In this document: in pieces, positions 43,407 through 43,498 of the stretch
Numbering within the stretch: position 1 is the stretch's first letter
Layout: the number at the start of each line of letters is the position of its first letter
Assembly (NCBI GenBank): GCA_035290045.1
Contig: DATDVH010000021.1
Span: forward strand, 1-43,498
Reading direction: 5' to 3'
DNA: 43,498 bases
Source: Patescibacteria group bacterium
GTDB lineage: Bacteria; Patescibacteriota; Microgenomatia; UBA1406; HO2-37-13b
Position numbers and translations under genes: made by a program
The notes under the pieces: generated by a model
Seen by the model: the letters and a program-made list of their open reading frames with translations, nothing else
Databases searched by the model: none
Told to the model about the DNA's origin: nothing

Positions 43407-43498
43407 TCGCGCCTTATTGCCACTCTACAAAGTCGCACCCGACTGCCATACGGGAATTGCGATCCCACTTGTTCGTAGAACACTTCTTAAGTTTTTTG
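43407..43498 (-). rRNA. rrf: Probable 5S rRNA, 3' ~90 nt (5' part outside window), with an extra 15-nt hairpin
   Basis: GC-rich patch. The minus strand reads ...CUUAAGAAGUG...(GGGAUCGCAAUUCCC)GUAUGGCAGUCGGGUGCGAC...UAGAGUGGCAA.... Compare the bacterial 5S blocks CNCAGAAGUGAAAC, GAUGGUAGUCGGGG (loop E/helix IV) and GAGAGUAGG. With the 15-nt hairpin removed, the spacing equals that of B. subtilis 5S as I recall it. Confidence 0.4.

Overview
Low-GC (visibly about one-third GC), tightly packed bacterial window. Inferred, not proven, to come from a small-genome CPR/Patescibacteria-like organism: short overlapping genes, gatCAB, unlinked rRNA genes, and RNA genes that stand out as GC-rich islands. 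Core content, in order: uvrB(3' end)-uvrA-transglutaminase-like-uvrC, secG, a solute-binding protein, a tRNA cluster (Leu, Thr, Thr, Arg), an FTR1-type iron permease and DUF192. On the minus strand: a 23S rRNA preceded only by tRNA-Ala, a complete F1Fo ATP synthase operon, dnaE, gatC-gatA-[unknown]-gatB, htpX, lemA and polX. Then tRNA-Asp, a LysM protein and tRNA-Gly. There are two accessory loci (20.0-25.0 kb and 37.2-43.4 kb). Each is a Type III-like R-M cassette with an extra tightly coupled gene between mod and res. In cassette 2 that gene carries an Rx4H HEPN-like motif; in cassette 1 it is an orphan next to a Res with a non-canonical nuclease motif. These Mod-X-Res cassettes are my best candidates for an undescribed, PrrC-style embedded defence module. 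Other notable signals: a canonical tRNA-Thr(UGU) gene nested in the anticodon loop of a second tRNA-Thr(UGU); a helix-25 IVS-like expansion of the 23S; 7-bp-periodic A-tract repeats that fill the spacers, the IVS and two in-frame polX inserts; two paralogous promoter-hairpin-terminator modules beside the R-M cassettes; a half-length ATP synthase delta; and a probable partial 5S rRNA at the right edge. All functional calls come from motif recognition by eye, with no database searches.
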